Below, piece after piece: positions 63,077-64,000 of a stretch of 64,000 nucleotides of DNA. Position 1 is the stretch's first letter, and each line of letters begins with the position of its first letter. Made by a program: the position numbers and the translations under genes. Where the stretch lies: assembly GCF_006345805.1 (NCBI RefSeq), contig NC_043022.1, positions 11,718,001 to 11,782,000 on the forward strand. Reading direction: 5' to 3'. The notes below the pieces were generated by a model, which was not told the origin of the DNA, ran no database searches, and was given only the letters and a program-made list of their open reading frames with translations. This DNA is from Octopus sinensis (lineage: Eukaryota).

Positions 63077-64000
63077 GTTGGATTTATCAACTGAATACGA
63101 AACTAATTACGTCAACAAATAGCGTTGAAATAATAAATATCAATTGAGATAACACGTTTATTATGTTAAAGAAAATTTGTGATAAATATGTATTTTTTAG
63201 TTATATTTATAAATTGGTTTTATTGTATAGTGTTGATAAAACCTGAGATACGGAACTATGTAACACTGCGTAGCTAGGTAACTAAATCCTGTGTTTTTCA
63301 TCTTTCCGTTTAATTCTGTTATTCTGTCCCAGATCAACCCCGACGCTGGCAGAACTATCATCAAAGACATTCCAACCATGGCCACTCCATTCATCTCATT
63401 GTCATTATATGTAGATCTACATTATTCAATATAAGCCTGTCTTTTTTTGTCTTTTTAAAGACGGTTGTGTCATGTAACGAAAGTTTGACTCCTATTTCTA
63501 GCAATTTGTACGACCACGTAGAGACTCCCCTCGTATTGACAATGTTATGAAGGTTCAATTCTTGGATGAAGCTAGTTCACTTCTTAGAGATTAATATTTT
63601 TTTGAGAAACGTCGGAATATTTCTCAATCTTATAAATATGGCGGGGTTTTTTAGAAGTAAAAGATTGACTGAAGGGAGATTGATTGACTGTTAATTGACT
63701 AATTGATTGAAAGAGAGAGGGGGTGATACGGAGATAGATGGGTGGCAAGATAGATGGATAGGCAAACTGGCTGAAACGTTAGCCGAGGTCGACTTTGCCT
63801 TTCATCATTTCGGGGTCGATTAAATAAGTACCAGTTACGCACTGGGTTCGATATAATCGACTTAATACCTATGTCTGTCCATGTTTGTCTCCTCTATGTT
63901 TAGCCCCTTGTGGGTAGTAAAGAAATAGGTATTTCATCTGTCGCTACGTTCTGAGTTCAAATTCCGCCGAGGTCGACTTTGCCTTTCATCCTTTCGGGGT

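Noticed and set aside
63197-63420. Possible exon or ORF near 63300-63400
   Set aside because: There is no recognisable homology, and part of the sequence resembles a decayed interspersed repeat.
63630-63655. YY1-like AATATGGCGG motif suggesting a divergent plus-strand promoter
   Set aside because: It is a single short motif with no downstream exon evidence inside the window.

Overview
AT-rich animal genomic DNA, very probably an Octopus species (inferred from the SINE families and the (TA)n/(CATA)n load). Left part (1-14.9 kb): a transposon nest. It holds a full-length, very young Gypsy (Mag-like) LTR retrotransposon (5010-9523, minus strand; 234-bp LTRs differing at 1 nt, GAGTA target-site duplication, tRNA-Leu PBS, one 1318-aa gag-pol ORF). 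That element is inserted into a Tx1/L1-type LINE fragment that rejoins in frame. A second decayed Tx1 fragment and a stack of R4/Dong-like LINE pieces in (TAA)n tracts follow. Middle (14.9-38.7 kb): a ~24-kb satellite array of ~17 higher-order units of ~1.33 kb. Each unit has ~7 diverged monomers whose full-length form (~200 bp) is itself a fold-back palindrome. The array has a diverged monomeric left edge and ends at a 100-N gap. Right part (38.8-64 kb): two minus-strand spliced genes missed by the ORF track. One is the 5' half of CLCN6 (7 well-supported coding exons plus a probable first coding exon, GSGIP and GKEGP motifs, a U12-type intron, an intronic tRNA-Glu(CTC)). The other is NAA38/LSMD1 (3 firm exons plus a candidate first exon), one of whose splice acceptors is triplicated by a tandem repeat. 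The rest is SINEs, CR1/RTE/R4/mariner fragments and microsatellites. Most ORF-track entries are microsatellite or satellite artefacts. No prokaryote-type system (CRISPR etc.) is present.
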